Assembly (NCBI GenBank): GCA_035267645.1
Contig: DATFLN010000034.1
Span: 100,505 to 164,504 of the forward strand
Source of the DNA: Gemmatimonadota bacterium
Lineage (GTDB): Bacteria; Gemmatimonadota; Gemmatimonadetes; Palauibacterales; Palauibacteraceae
DNA length: 64,000 bases
Direction of reading: 5' to 3'
Shown in pieces: positions 1 to 8,733 of this stretch. The notes beneath the pieces are model-generated. The model was not told the DNA's origin. It saw nothing but the letters and a program-made list of their open reading frames with translations, and searched no databases. Within the stretch, counting starts at the first letter, position 1; each line of letters starts with the position of its first letter. Position numbers and translations under genes: made by a program.

Positions 1-1676
1 CGCCCGAGGCGGTGGGCGTCGTCCACGAGCCCGAGGCGCGAGCGGAGGCCGTCGGGCAGGAAGAGGTCGGCGCTCATCGAGCCCGGGACGTGGGCCTCGT
101 CGAGGCCCGTGAGGACGAGGACGGGGGCGTCGTCCAGGTGGAGCTCGAGCCACCCGAGCATCTCGATCGCCGAGGTGTCGGGAAGGGGCGGGACGGCCTC
201 CCGCCGGACCTCCTCGAGGAGGAGCCGGAGGGCCGCCGGCGCCCCGCACTCGCGGTCCAGCGGCGTGCCGGCCAGCCGGCTCCAGGCCGCCGCCCGGTCG
301 CGGATCGTCTCGCACGCCTCGACCAGCCGGCGGTCGCCCGCCCGGGACCGGTCGAGAGGCCGGCCGCCGTGGGCGCGGACCAGGAAGGCCAGGATCTCCG
401 CCATCCACTCCGAGAGGGGCCTGGCGCCGCGCAGGCGGCCCAGGGCCAGCTCCTCCTCGAGGTCGCCGACCAGCCGGCCGAAGTCGCCGCCGCCGGCCGC
501 CCCGCGCGCCGGTCCCTCCACGCGACTCGGGAGGTGGCGGCCGAAGTGCTCGTCGGCCGTCTCGAGCGCGCCCGGGACGCCGGGAGCGGCTTCCACCGCC
601 GGGTGGCGGAGGAGGGCGGCGAAATCCGGCCACCGCTCGCCCTCCAGGTAGTCGGCCACGGCCGACAGGAGCCGCCACGGGTCGGTGCGCTCGAGCGGGG
701 TCCCTTCGGCGTGCCGGTGCGGGACCCCGTGCTCGCCGAGCCTCCGCTCCAGGTAGGGGACGAGGTCGGTGTCCGGGACGCCCACCGTGACGTGGTCGGG
801 CGCCAGGCGGGGTCCGGCTCCGCCCAGGCGCCGGAGGACCGCATCCGCCTGCTCGGGCGGCCGGCCCGCGACCTCGAGGGCATCGTCCGGGATCCGGATC
901 GGACGCTCCGCCCACGCTCCCGGCCTCACGCAGCCCAGCCGGTCGAACCCGTCCCGCCCGTCCGGCGGCGCGTGGACGAGGGGCGTGACGTCGTCGCCGA
1001 GCGCCTCGAGCGTCCGCCGCACCACCCCGGGCATCTCGACGACGCCGAGCAGGTAGATCGGTCCGCCGCATCCCACCCGGTCATCACGGATGGCGTCCCA
1101 CCTCTCCCGGTCCCGGTCGACGTAGCCGAGCGCGTCCAGGCGGCGCCCGTAGCCCCGCCGCGCCTCGGCCAGGGCCCGCCACCTGCCGCTGTCGTCGTAG
1201 CCGGGGCCGGCGCGGCAGACCCGGGCCACGTCCTCGAAGCCGAGCTCCTCTCCCGTGAGCTCGCGGTGGAGGTCGCGGACGAGCCGGGCCAGCTCGTGCC
1301 AGCCGGGGAGGTCGTCGGCCGCGGGAGGCTCGGGGAAGACCGGGGAGCGGCGGTCCTCGTCCAGGTCCCGGAGGGCCTCGGCCCACGCCCTCAGGCACAG
1401 GACGTCGCCCGCCACGGGACGGTCGGGCCGCGCCCGGCGCAGCCGCTCCGGGAGGCCCCCGGTCGTGACGACGTCGGGCGGGACGAGGACGACCCCGCGC
1501 CCCGACGCCTCCTCGAGGAGGAGCTCGGTCAGGCGCCGCCCGGCCCGGCGGATCGGCACGACGACCAGGACCCCGTCCAGGTCGAGGACGCCGTCGCGGT
1601 CGTGGCGCCGGGCCAGGAGGCGGGCGGCGGCGGGAAGGACGGGCTCGGTCCAGGGGAGGAACTCGGGCGGGCGCAC
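1..1676 (-). CDS. AddB-like helicase-nuclease subunit (RecB/PD-(D/E)XK family), N-terminal ~558 codons; the C-terminus lies beyond the left window edge
   Basis: This gene is absent from the ORF track because it has no stop codon inside the window. My own minus-strand translation from GTG (1676-1674) stays open to position 1 and is protein-like: VRPPEFLPWTEPVLPAAARLLARRHDRDGVLDLDGVLVVVPIRRAGRRLTELLLEE ... DDAPVLVLTGLDEAHVPGSMSADLFLPDGLRSRLGL. The VVVPxRRAGRRL block and the GL(D/N)E..P....FLP..LR..LGL block resemble AddB of AddAB. Track ORFs 12..1862(+), 74..883(-) and 1084..2664(-) are Arg/Pro-rich shadow frames. Confidence 0.55.
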   Translation of the reverse strand, partial: MRPPEFLPWTEPVLPAAARLLARRHDRDGVLDLDGVLVVVPIRRAGRRLTELLLEEASGRGVVLVPPDVVTTGGLPERLRRARPDRPVAGDVLCLRAWAEALRDLDEDRRSPVFPEPPAADDLPGWHELARLVRDLHRELTGEELGFEDVARVCRAGPGYDDSGRWRALAEARRGYGRRLDALGYVDRDRERWDAIRDDRVGCGGPIYLLGVVEMPGVVRRTLEALGDDVTPLVHAPPDGRDGFDRLGCVRPGAWAERPIRIPDDALEVAGRPPEQADAVLRRLGGAGPRLAPDHVTVGVPDTDLVPYLERRLGEHGVPHRHAEGTPLERTDPWRLLSAVADYLEGERWPDFAALLRHPAVEAAPGVPGALETADEHFGRHLPSRVEGPARGAAGGGDFGRLVGDLEEELALGRLRGARPLSEWMAEILAFLVRAHGGRPLDRSRAGDRRLVEACETIRDRAAAWSRLAGTPLDRECGAPAALRLLLEEVRREAVPPLPDTSAIEMLGWLELHLDDAPVLVLTGLDEAHVPGSMSADLFLPDGLRSRLGLVDDAHRLG

Positions 1677-1872
1677 GGGTGGGGCTCGGACCTCCTGTCG
1701 GCGGTGGCTGTTCGGCACGGCGGCACCAACATAGGCTTCGTGTCTCGGCGCGCGCACGCCGGGCCCGCCGGCGGGGCAGGGCGGAGCGGGAGCGCGCGCG
1801 GCAGGGTCCCCGCCCCGCACCTCGTCCCACGGAGGCCGACGCACGTGAGCGAACCCGCATGACCCGGCCGGC

Positions 1873-2799
1873 ATGACGGCGCCAGCACCGGCGCGAGGCC
1901 GCTCTCGGGCGCGACCCCGCGCCATCCTGAACCCGGCGTCCCCGGGGGCCCGGAAGCGGCCCGATCTGGCCGACCGGCTCGCCGGGGAGCACGGGCTCGA
2001 CGTGCGGGTGACGTCCGGCCCCGGCGACGCGTCCCGGCTGGCGCGCGAGGCGCTGGAGGATGGCGTCGGGACGCTGGTGGTCGCGGGGGGCGACGGCACG
2101 CTGCACGAGGCGGCCGCCGGCCTCGGCGCCGACGCCGGCTCCGCCGGGCTCCGTGTGGCGCTCCTCCCGCTCGGGACCGGGAACGACCTGGCCGCCTCGC
2201 TCGGGATCCCGCTCGAGATCGGGGCGGCCCTGGCGCTCCTCGGGGAGGGGGAGCCCCGCCGCCTGGACCTCGTGCGGGTCGACGGCGGGACCGACGGCTG
2301 GGTCGTGAACTTCGCCATGGGCGGGTTCGCGGGACGGGTGGCCGAGCGCGTCACCCCCCGCCGGCGCAGGATCTGGGGGCGCCACGTCTACCTGAGGGCC
2401 GCCCTGGACGAGGTGCTCGAACGCAGGCCCCGCGAGGTCCGCGTCCGGGCCGACGGCCGCGAGCTCCAGACGGGCCCGCTCCTGGCCCTGGTCGTGGCCA
2501 GCGGCCCGCGCTTCGGGGGCGGGATCCCGATCGCTCCCGGCGCCCTCCCGGACGACGGCCTGCTGGACCTCCTCCTCCTGGACGACGTCTCGCTCCCGGC
2601 GCTCCTCCGGGTGGTGGGCCGGGCCCTCCGCGGCCGGCACCTGGCCGATCCGGTCGTCACCCACCTCCGCGTGCGGAGCGTCGAGGTGGAGGCCGAGCCG
2701 GACCTTCCGTGGAACGGGGACGGCGAGGATCTCGGCACCGGCTCCCGCACGTTCGAAGTGGTCCCCGGCGCTCTCCCGGTCCTCGTGCCGCGGGCCTGA
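1873..2799 (+). CDS. Diacylglycerol/lipid kinase family protein (YegS/BmrU-like)
   Basis: 308-aa ORF carrying the DAGK catalytic-domain motifs VVAGGDGTLHEAA and LLPLGTGNDLAASLGIP. It starts at ATG 1873. Confidence 0.9.
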   Translation: MTAPAPARGRSRARPRAILNPASPGARKRPDLADRLAGEHGLDVRVTSGPGDASRLAREALEDGVGTLVVAGGDGTLHEAAAGLGADAGSAGLRVALLPLGTGNDLAASLGIPLEIGAALALLGEGEPRRLDLVRVDGGTDGWVVNFAMGGFAGRVAERVTPRRRRIWGRHVYLRAALDEVLERRPREVRVRADGRELQTGPLLALVVASGPRFGGGIPIAPGALPDDGLLDLLLLDDVSLPALLRVVGRALRGRHLADPVVTHLRVRSVEVEAEPDLPWNGDGEDLGTGSRTFEVVPGALPVLVPRA

Positions 2800-2931
2800 C
2801 TTTCGGCGAGCGGAAGCCCGGGCAACCCTGCCGCCGGCCGGTCTGTCGAACGTTCGAAAGAAGCGAGGAATCCCTCGCCCCTGATCGTGCCCGGGCCCTC
2901 CTCCGGCGGGCCCTCAGTCGGGAGGATCTCC

Positions 2932-4077
2932 ATGAGTCTCGCCAGGTCGACCGGTCTTCTGCCCGCCTTTCTCGGCCTCGCCGCCCTGAGCGCCCCCGCC
3001 CACGCGGCGCCGGCCGCCCAGGACACCGGCACGGTGACCGTGTCCGGGGGCGAGCCCAGCCCGTACGTCGTCCGCCCGACGCGCACCCGCGTCATCGTGA
3101 ACGGGCCGCAGGACGCCGGCTACCTGGGCGTCCGCGTCACCGACGTCGACAGCGCCGCCGTCTCCCGCCTGGACCTACCGGAGCTGCGCGGGGCGAGGGT
3201 GACCTCGGTGGAGGACAGCTCGCCGGCCGCGAAGGCGGGCCTCCGGGCGGACGACGTGATCCTGGACTTCGATGGGGAGCCGGTCCGCAGCGTGGCCACC
3301 CTCACGCGCATGGTCCGCGAGACGCCCCCGGACCGCAGCGTCCAGCTCCGCGTGGTCCGTGACGGGAAGACTCGACAGGTCACGGTCGTCACGGGCGAGG
3401 CTTCTTCGAGGTTCGGACGGCTGGGCGCCATGGTCGCGCCCGACGTTCGGCTCCGCATGAGCCGCCTCGTGAACGACAGCACCAGGGAGCGCCTCCGGGT
3501 GGAGGTCGAGAAGGCCCGCGAGGAGGCCCGGAAGGCGGGCGAGGAGATGCGGCGCTCGTGGCGCTCGGGCGACCTCGGTCCGCACGGGTTCCTCTTCGAG
3601 CTCGGAGGCCCCGGGCGCCTGGGCGTGAGCCTGCGGCCCCTGGGCGACCAGCTCGGCGCCTACTTCGGCGTGAAGGACGGTGAAGGCGTGCTCGTCGGGA
3701 GCGTGGAGTCCGGCTCGGCCGCCGAGAAGGCGGGCCTGAAGGCCGGCGACGTGATCGTCGAGGTCGGCGGCGAGAAGGTCGAGGGCCCGGGCGACGTGAT
3801 CGAGGCCGTCCACGACGCCGACGCCGGTCCGATCACGGTGAAGGTGATGCGCGACCGGAAGGAGAGGACGGTCACGGTGGACCTCCCCGAGCGACGGCGC
3901 GCCGCGCCGGGTCAGGAGACGTCGTTCCGGCTTCGGGTGCGCCCCGACGCGCCCCTGCCTCCGTTCCACGTGGCGCCCCCCGAGGTCCACGTGGCGCCGC
4001 CGGAGGTTCCCGCGTTCGACGTGCTTCCGCCGCTCCCCGCGCCGCCCGCCCCTCCGGCGGTCGACCGCTACATTTGA
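2932..4077 (+). CDS. Secreted protein with two PDZ domains
   Basis: Signal peptide MSLARSTGLLPAFLGLAALSAPAHA. Two PDZ-like modules are present (GARVTSVEDSSPAAKAGLRADDVILDFDGEPV and GVLVGSVESGSAAEKAGLKAGDVIVEVGGEKV). The tail is a Pro-rich repeat, PPFHVAPPEVHVAPPEVP. The track ORF begins at 2887, but I prefer the in-frame ATG at 2932. Confidence 0.8.
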   Translation: MSLARSTGLLPAFLGLAALSAPAHAAPAAQDTGTVTVSGGEPSPYVVRPTRTRVIVNGPQDAGYLGVRVTDVDSAAVSRLDLPELRGARVTSVEDSSPAAKAGLRADDVILDFDGEPVRSVATLTRMVRETPPDRSVQLRVVRDGKTRQVTVVTGEASSRFGRLGAMVAPDVRLRMSRLVNDSTRERLRVEVEKAREEARKAGEEMRRSWRSGDLGPHGFLFELGGPGRLGVSLRPLGDQLGAYFGVKDGEGVLVGSVESGSAAEKAGLKAGDVIVEVGGEKVEGPGDVIEAVHDADAGPITVKVMRDRKERTVTVDLPERRRAAPGQETSFRLRVRPDAPLPPFHVAPPEVHVAPPEVPAFDVLPPLPAPPAPPAVDRYI

Positions 4078-4090
4078 GCCCCGTTCCGCC

Positions 4091-4121
4091 GCCCGCCGGG
4101 CCGCGCGTCGGCCCGGCGGGC
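4091..4121. terminator. GC-rich hairpin between convergent genes (possible bidirectional terminator, no U-tract)
   Basis: A perfect 13-bp stem pairs GCCCGCCGGGCCG (4091-4103) with CGGCCCGGCGGGC (4109-4121), with loop CGCGT. It sits between the PDZ-protein stop (4077) and the permease stop (4198). Confidence 0.35.
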
Positions 4122-4197
4122 TCCGCGGCGGGCGGGCGGCGTCCCGGGTGGGCCGCTCCGCCCCCCGGGACCCTCCACGCCCCCGGCGCCGCTTCCC

Positions 4198-5565
4198 TCA
4201 GCTCCCGCCGTCCCCGGGGGCCCCGCCGCTCGGCGACAGGCTCACCCGGATCGTCCGCCCCGTGGCGGCCCGGTAGGCCACCTCCACGGCCACCGACAGG
4301 CCCACCAGGAGGACCAGCACCCACAGCCGGCTCGGGTCGGTCCTGACGGTCTGCCACAGGAGCGCCGCCAGCGCGGCCAGGCACGCCGCGGCGCCCACGA
4401 CCCCGACCCAGGCGCGGGAGTCCGTCCGGTCGGCCAGCCGCACGTTGGCCGCGTTGACGCCGGCGAACAGCAGGAGGAAGCCCGCGCTCCCCATGGTCGA
4501 GATGGCCGAGAGGTCCAGGAGGTTGGAGACGAGGAGGGCGGCCGCGGCGGTGATGAGGAGCCCCTCGGCGGGCTCGTTCCAGATCTTCTTCTCGAGGAGG
4601 GCGGGGAGCTCGCCGTCCTTCGCCATGATGTAGCTCAGCCGGGCCGACCCGTACAGCGTGGCGTTGATGGCCGATGCGGTGGAGAGCATGGCCGCCACGG
4701 CGATCAGCGTGAAGCCGAACTGCCCCAGGAACGGGCGCGCCGCCGCGGCCAGCGCGTAGTCCTTCGCCTCCACGATCCTGTCCACGGGCAGGTTCCCGAC
4801 GGTCACGATCGCCACGGCCACGTACAGCGCGACCACGAAGCCCACCGACGTGAAGAAGGCGCGCGGCAGCGTCTTCTCGGGATCCTTCGTGTCGCCTGCG
4901 GTGTTGGCGATGAGCTCGAAGCCCTCGTAGGCGAGGAAGATGATCATCCCGCCCGCGGCGAGCTGGAAGGGGGGCTGCCAGGAGGACGGCGCCAGGCGCC
5001 CGCCCTGGACCCCCCAGATCCCCACGCCCACGAAGAACAGGAGGATCGCCAGCTTGATCCCGACGATCCAGTCCTCCACCTCGCCCACGACCTTCGAGCT
5101 CAGGAGGTTGAGGCCGGCGATCACGACGATCGCGGCGCTGATGAGGACGTGCTTCCACAGGCCCTGCGAGCCCTCCGGGAAGAAAGTCGCGCCGTAGCTC
5201 CCGAAGGCGAAGGCGTACAGGGAGAGCATGACGACGTAGCTGAGCCACAGGAGGACGTTCATGGAACCCGTGAGCGTCCCCTCCCCGAACGCCCGGTTCA
5301 GGAAGGAGACCGTGCCCCCCTGGCTGGGGAAGGTCACCGACAGGCGGCTGTAGGCGTAGGCGGTCACGAGCGCCACGGCGCCGGCGATAGCGAACGCCAC
5401 CGGCGTTCCGCCTCCCGCCAGCTGCACGGCCAGGCCGAGGACGGCGAAGATGCCGCCTCCGACCATGCCCCCCACGCCGATGGAGGCGGCCTCGAGGAAG
5501 CCGACGCCCCCCGAGCCCGAACCGTCCGATGCGTCCGAGCCGCCCTGCTTTCCGTCCCCGCTCAT
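4198..5565 (-). CDS. APC-family amino acid/polyamine permease
   Basis: 455-aa polytopic membrane protein. Its N-terminal block GVGGMVGGGIFAVLG and its overall hydrophobic pattern are typical of APC transporters. Confidence 0.85.
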   Translation of the reverse strand: MSGDGKQGGSDASDGSGSGGVGFLEAASIGVGGMVGGGIFAVLGLAVQLAGGGTPVAFAIAGAVALVTAYAYSRLSVTFPSQGGTVSFLNRAFGEGTLTGSMNVLLWLSYVVMLSLYAFAFGSYGATFFPEGSQGLWKHVLISAAIVVIAGLNLLSSKVVGEVEDWIVGIKLAILLFFVGVGIWGVQGGRLAPSSWQPPFQLAAGGMIIFLAYEGFELIANTAGDTKDPEKTLPRAFFTSVGFVVALYVAVAIVTVGNLPVDRIVEAKDYALAAAARPFLGQFGFTLIAVAAMLSTASAINATLYGSARLSYIMAKDGELPALLEKKIWNEPAEGLLITAAAALLVSNLLDLSAISTMGSAGFLLLFAGVNAANVRLADRTDSRAWVGVVGAAACLAALAALLWQTVRTDPSRLWVLVLLVGLSVAVEVAYRAATGRTIRVSLSPSGGAPGDGGS

Positions 5566-5640
5566 GCGCTCTCCTTCCGGCCGGCGTGACGTGAAAGGGT
5601 CGCGCCCTACGAGAGCAAGGCCCGTGCGGGGAGGGTCCGG

Positions 5641-5688
5641 GCAGGGCGCGGAAGAGGCAGGGCGCGGAAGAGGCAGGGCGCGGAAGGG
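5641..5688. repeat. Tandem direct repeat, 16 nt x 3 (GCAGGGCGCGGAAGAG)
   Basis: Two perfect copies and a third ending in GG, lying 76-123 nt upstream of the permease start (minus strand). Confidence 0.9.
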
Positions 5689-6027
5689 GCGTGGCGGAGG
5701 AAGGGATCACCGGCGCGCGGATTCGATCGCGACAGGAGGTCGCTCTCTATCCTTGCCACAGGAGGGTGCCGCACGCCGGCGAATCCCCGTTCCGTCATCT
5801 TCGTCCCGTTCGGGCTCCCGGGGGACCTCTCCTTTGCGAGAGCCACATCTTGGACGTCCGGAAGGGGACGAGGGTTGCATCGCCTGCCGCCGCACCGCCT
5901 CCCGCTGTCCTCCCTACGGGGCTCGGGCGGCCCCGGTTTCGACCGACCTCGCCGCCGGCGACGTGCGAGCGGATGGGATCGGGGCCGACGGTCCGGATGG
6001 GGTCGGGGGCGGGCGGACCGGGCGGCC

Positions 6028-6777
6028 TCAGCCGCCGGCCCGATCCCCGTCCGCGGGCTTTCGGCCGTCCCGGACGCGCTCCAGGTCCTCCCGGAGGATC
6101 GCCACGGCCTCCTCGACCTCGTCGACGCAGTGCGGGAGGTCCAGGTCACCGGGGTCGGCCAGGCGGCGGGGCCCGCCGTCCAGCATGAAGCGGCGGCCCC
6201 AGTCCACCAGCTCCTGCCACATGGGGCCGAGCATGATGAACGGACGGTCGGTGATGTGCCGGACCTGGAGGAGCTGCCACACCATGAGGGCCTCCAGGGT
6301 GGTGCCGATGCCGCCCGGCACGACCACGAACGCGCTGGAGAGCCGCACGAAGTGGTGGAGTCGGGTGAAGAACGTCCGGTGGGTGTAGGCCTTCTCCACG
6401 TACGGGTTGACCTGCTGCTCGTGCGGGACCTCGATGTTGAGGCCGAACGAGCGGGTCTTCCCGTCCACGTCCCCCTCCTCGGAGCCCTGGTTGGCCGCCT
6501 CCATGAGCCCGGGCCCGCCGCCGGTGACGATGTCGCAGCCCATCGAGGAGAGCTCCCGGGCCAGGTCGCGCACCTTCCCGTAGATGGGGTCCCCCTCCTG
6601 CATCCGGGAGGATCCGAAGATCGTCACGCGGTAGTAGGGCAGCCGCGGCGCGTGGATCCGCGCCAGGTCGTCCACGGCCTTCCACAGGTCGAGGAGGGTG
6701 TCCTCGACGACGTCGAAGATCTCCTCGTCGCTGGTCGAGACGGCCTCGGTCCGGATCCGCTGCTCGGTGTCGCTCAC
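6028..6777 (-). CDS. LOG family / TIGR00730 Rossmann-fold nucleotide-binding protein (cytokinin riboside 5'-monophosphate phosphoribohydrolase-like)
   Basis: Motifs VTIFGSSR, IVTGGGPGLMEAANQG and VVVPGGIGTTLEAL. The upstream half of track ORF 6028..7146 is not protein-like, so I prefer the in-frame GTG at 6777 (VSDTEQR...). Confidence 0.85.
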   Translation of the reverse strand: MSDTEQRIRTEAVSTSDEEIFDVVEDTLLDLWKAVDDLARIHAPRLPYYRVTIFGSSRMQEGDPIYGKVRDLARELSSMGCDIVTGGGPGLMEAANQGSEEGDVDGKTRSFGLNIEVPHEQQVNPYVEKAYTHRTFFTRLHHFVRLSSAFVVVPGGIGTTLEALMVWQLLQVRHITDRPFIMLGPMWQELVDWGRRFMLDGGPRRLADPGDLDLPHCVDEVEEAVAILREDLERVRDGRKPADGDRAGG

Positions 6778-6964
6778 GCCGTCGCCTCCGGTGCTTCGGG
6801 ATGGGGGGTCCGCCAGATCGCGTCTCGGCGGGATACCCGCCGCGGCTTCCCGCGTTTCGGGATTTGTGCCGGCGCCCGCGGCGCTCCATCCTGGAGGCGG
6901 TGGGGGGATCGCGCCGGTCGGCTCCGGGCTCGCGATCCGCGAGATTCGTCGAGGGGGGGCGGGA

Positions 6965-7945
6965 ATGGGCTCCAGCTGGATCCGGAATCTGCTGCGGTCG
7001 CTGCCCGACCGCCTCTCGGCCTCGGCCCTGTGGGACCTCCTGCTGTGGATCGTCGTCGCCCTGGTCGTGGCGGGGCTCGTCCGCCTGGCGCGGCGCTGGA
7101 TCGCCCACAACGTGGAGGACGTCAATCGGCGCCACCTCCTCTCCAAGCGGGTGGGCTACGCGGGGGCCCTCTTCCTCGTACTCCTCGGCCTCTCCTTCTT
7201 CGTCGGACACTTCGGGCAGCTGGCCACGGTGATCGGCCTGGTCGGCGCCGGGGCCGCCATCGCCCTCCAGGACGTGGGGAAGAGCGCGGCGGGCTGGCTC
7301 TACCTCACCGGGCACCGCGAGCTGGGGCCCGGGACCCGCATCGAGGTCGGCGGCCTGGTGGGCGAGATCATCGACATCGGCATCTTGAAGACCACGGTCC
7401 TCGAGGTCGGCAACCTGGTGTACGGGCGGCAGTCGAGCGGACGGCTGGCCTCGGTGCCCAACTCCCGGCTGCTCGACGAGAGCGTGTTCTTCACCCCCTC
7501 GGATGGCTCGTACGTGTGGCAGGAGCTCCGATTCCTCCTCACCTTCGAGAGCGACTGGCGGCTGGGCGTCGAGCGGCTGGAGGCGATCGGCCGCGGGGAA
7601 TGGGAGGAGTGGGCCCGCGACGCGGGCGAGAGCTTCCGCGGCATGGGACGGCGCTACGCCCTCAAGTACGGTGCGCTGACGCCGATCGTGTACGTGACGG
7701 TGGCCGACTCGGGCATCGAGCTCACCCTGCGCTACCTGGTGCCCCTGCGGCGAAGGCGCGGCTCGGCCGACCGGGTGGGCCGGGCGATGCTCGAGACCGT
7801 CGAGGCGGAGCCGGGGCTCGACTTCGCCTACCCCACCTGGCGCATGTACCGGCAGGGCGAGGGAGGTCCGTCGGTCGGGAGGGGCCCGGCCGGGTCCGGG
7901 GACGGTGCGGGAGACGACGAGGGAGAGGACGGATGGGACGCGTGA
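6965..7945 (+). CDS. Mechanosensitive ion channel (MscS family)
   Basis: N-terminal TM helices followed by the MscS beta-domain signature GTRIEVGGLVGEIIDIGILKTTVLEVGN. In-frame ATG at 6965 (MGSSWIRN). Confidence 0.85.
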   Translation: MGSSWIRNLLRSLPDRLSASALWDLLLWIVVALVVAGLVRLARRWIAHNVEDVNRRHLLSKRVGYAGALFLVLLGLSFFVGHFGQLATVIGLVGAGAAIALQDVGKSAAGWLYLTGHRELGPGTRIEVGGLVGEIIDIGILKTTVLEVGNLVYGRQSSGRLASVPNSRLLDESVFFTPSDGSYVWQELRFLLTFESDWRLGVERLEAIGRGEWEEWARDAGESFRGMGRRYALKYGALTPIVYVTVADSGIELTLRYLVPLRRRRGSADRVGRAMLETVEAEPGLDFAYPTWRMYRQGEGGPSVGRGPAGSGDGAGDDEGEDGWDA

Positions 7946-8691
7946 CGTCGACGTGGATCGGGGTGGCGGGCGGGCTGGCGCTCGCCGCGGCGGCGGCCTG
8001 GACGGGGTGCCGGGGCGGCGGCTCGGGCGAGCGGTCGTCGGCCCCGGCGGTGCCGGACACCTTCAGGGTCCGGTTCGAGACCTCGGCCGGGCCGTTCACC
8101 GTGCTCGTGCACCGCGCCTGGGCGCCGCGGGGCGCCACGCGCTTCTACCGGCTCGTGGAGGCCGGCTACTTCGACGGAAACCGCTTCTTCCGCGTGATCC
8201 CCGGGTTCGTGGCCCAGTTCGGCATCTCGGGGGACACGGCCCGGGCCCTGGCGTGGCGCCGCCGACCGATCCGGGACGACCCGGTCACCAAGAGCAACAC
8301 CCGCGGCACGCTGACCTTCGCCTCGGCCGGGAACGATACGCGGACCAGCCAGATCTTCATCAACCTGGCCGACAACGCCCGCCTGGACCGGATGGGCTTC
8401 GCGCCCTTCGGGGAGGTGGTGGAGGGGGTGGCCACGGTCGACTCCCTCTACTCCGGCTACGGGGACGGTCCGCCCAAGGGGGAGGGCCCCGATCAGGCGC
8501 GCATCCTCCACGAGGGGAACGCCTACCTGGAGGAGCAGTTCCCGAAGCTGGACTACATCGAGACCGCGCGAGTGGTGGGCGAGACCGGTGCCGGCGAGGC
8601 GGGCCGGGCGGGCCCCGGCTCCGCGGAGGGCGGGGCGGCGGGGGGCGACTCCGCGTCGGCCGGCTCCGGCGCGTCGCCCCCGGGCGCGTAG
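7933..8691 (+). CDS. Peptidyl-prolyl cis-trans isomerase (cyclophilin type), probable lipoprotein
   Basis: This is the C-terminal part of track ORF 5875..8691. Lipobox AAWTGC is followed by cyclophilin blocks FFRVIPGFVAQFG, GTLTFASAG.DTRTSQIFINL and FGEVVEGVATVDSL. The ATG at 7933 overlaps the end of the MscS gene by 13 nt. Confidence 0.9.
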   Translation: MGRVTSTWIGVAGGLALAAAAAWTGCRGGGSGERSSAPAVPDTFRVRFETSAGPFTVLVHRAWAPRGATRFYRLVEAGYFDGNRFFRVIPGFVAQFGISGDTARALAWRRRPIRDDPVTKSNTRGTLTFASAGNDTRTSQIFINLADNARLDRMGFAPFGEVVEGVATVDSLYSGYGDGPPKGEGPDQARILHEGNAYLEEQFPKLDYIETARVVGETGAGEAGRAGPGSAEGGAAGGDSASAGSGASPPGA

Positions 8692-8733
8692 CCCACGTCG
8701 TCGGGCGGAGGCGCCGCCCGGCGGCCCCCGGCC

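Noticed and set aside
12-1862. Very long ORFs rich in Arg/Pro/Gly/Ala. Examples are 12..1862(+), 1084..2664(-), 3872..5710(-), 5875..8691(+) N-terminal part, 14271..17747(+), 15610..18054(-), 18100..21984(-), 38808..41315(-), 41047..43767(-), 43508..47221(-), 45475..48825(+), 51652..54999(+), 56451..59096(-) and 58669..62196(-).
   Set aside because: They overlap, in other frames or on the opposite strand, genes with clear family motifs. Their composition (runs of R, P, G; no hydrophobic cores or motifs) is what stop-poor off-frames of ~70% GC DNA produce. They are treated as shadow ORFs.
5641-5688. Whether the tandem repeats at 5641-5688, 18161-18209 or 54994-55019 (CGTGAGnn x3) represent a CRISPR array.
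   Set aside because: The units are contiguous with no unique spacers, are only 8-17 nt long and number only three to four copies. No cas genes are present in the window.
5566-6027. Possible amino-acid (glycine/lysine) riboswitch in the 460-bp region upstream of the APC permease.
   Set aside because: A GGAGAG string is present on the minus strand, but the paired ACCGAAGGGGCAA / CUCAGGCAAAAGGAC-type glycine-riboswitch cores are not. The evidence is insufficient.
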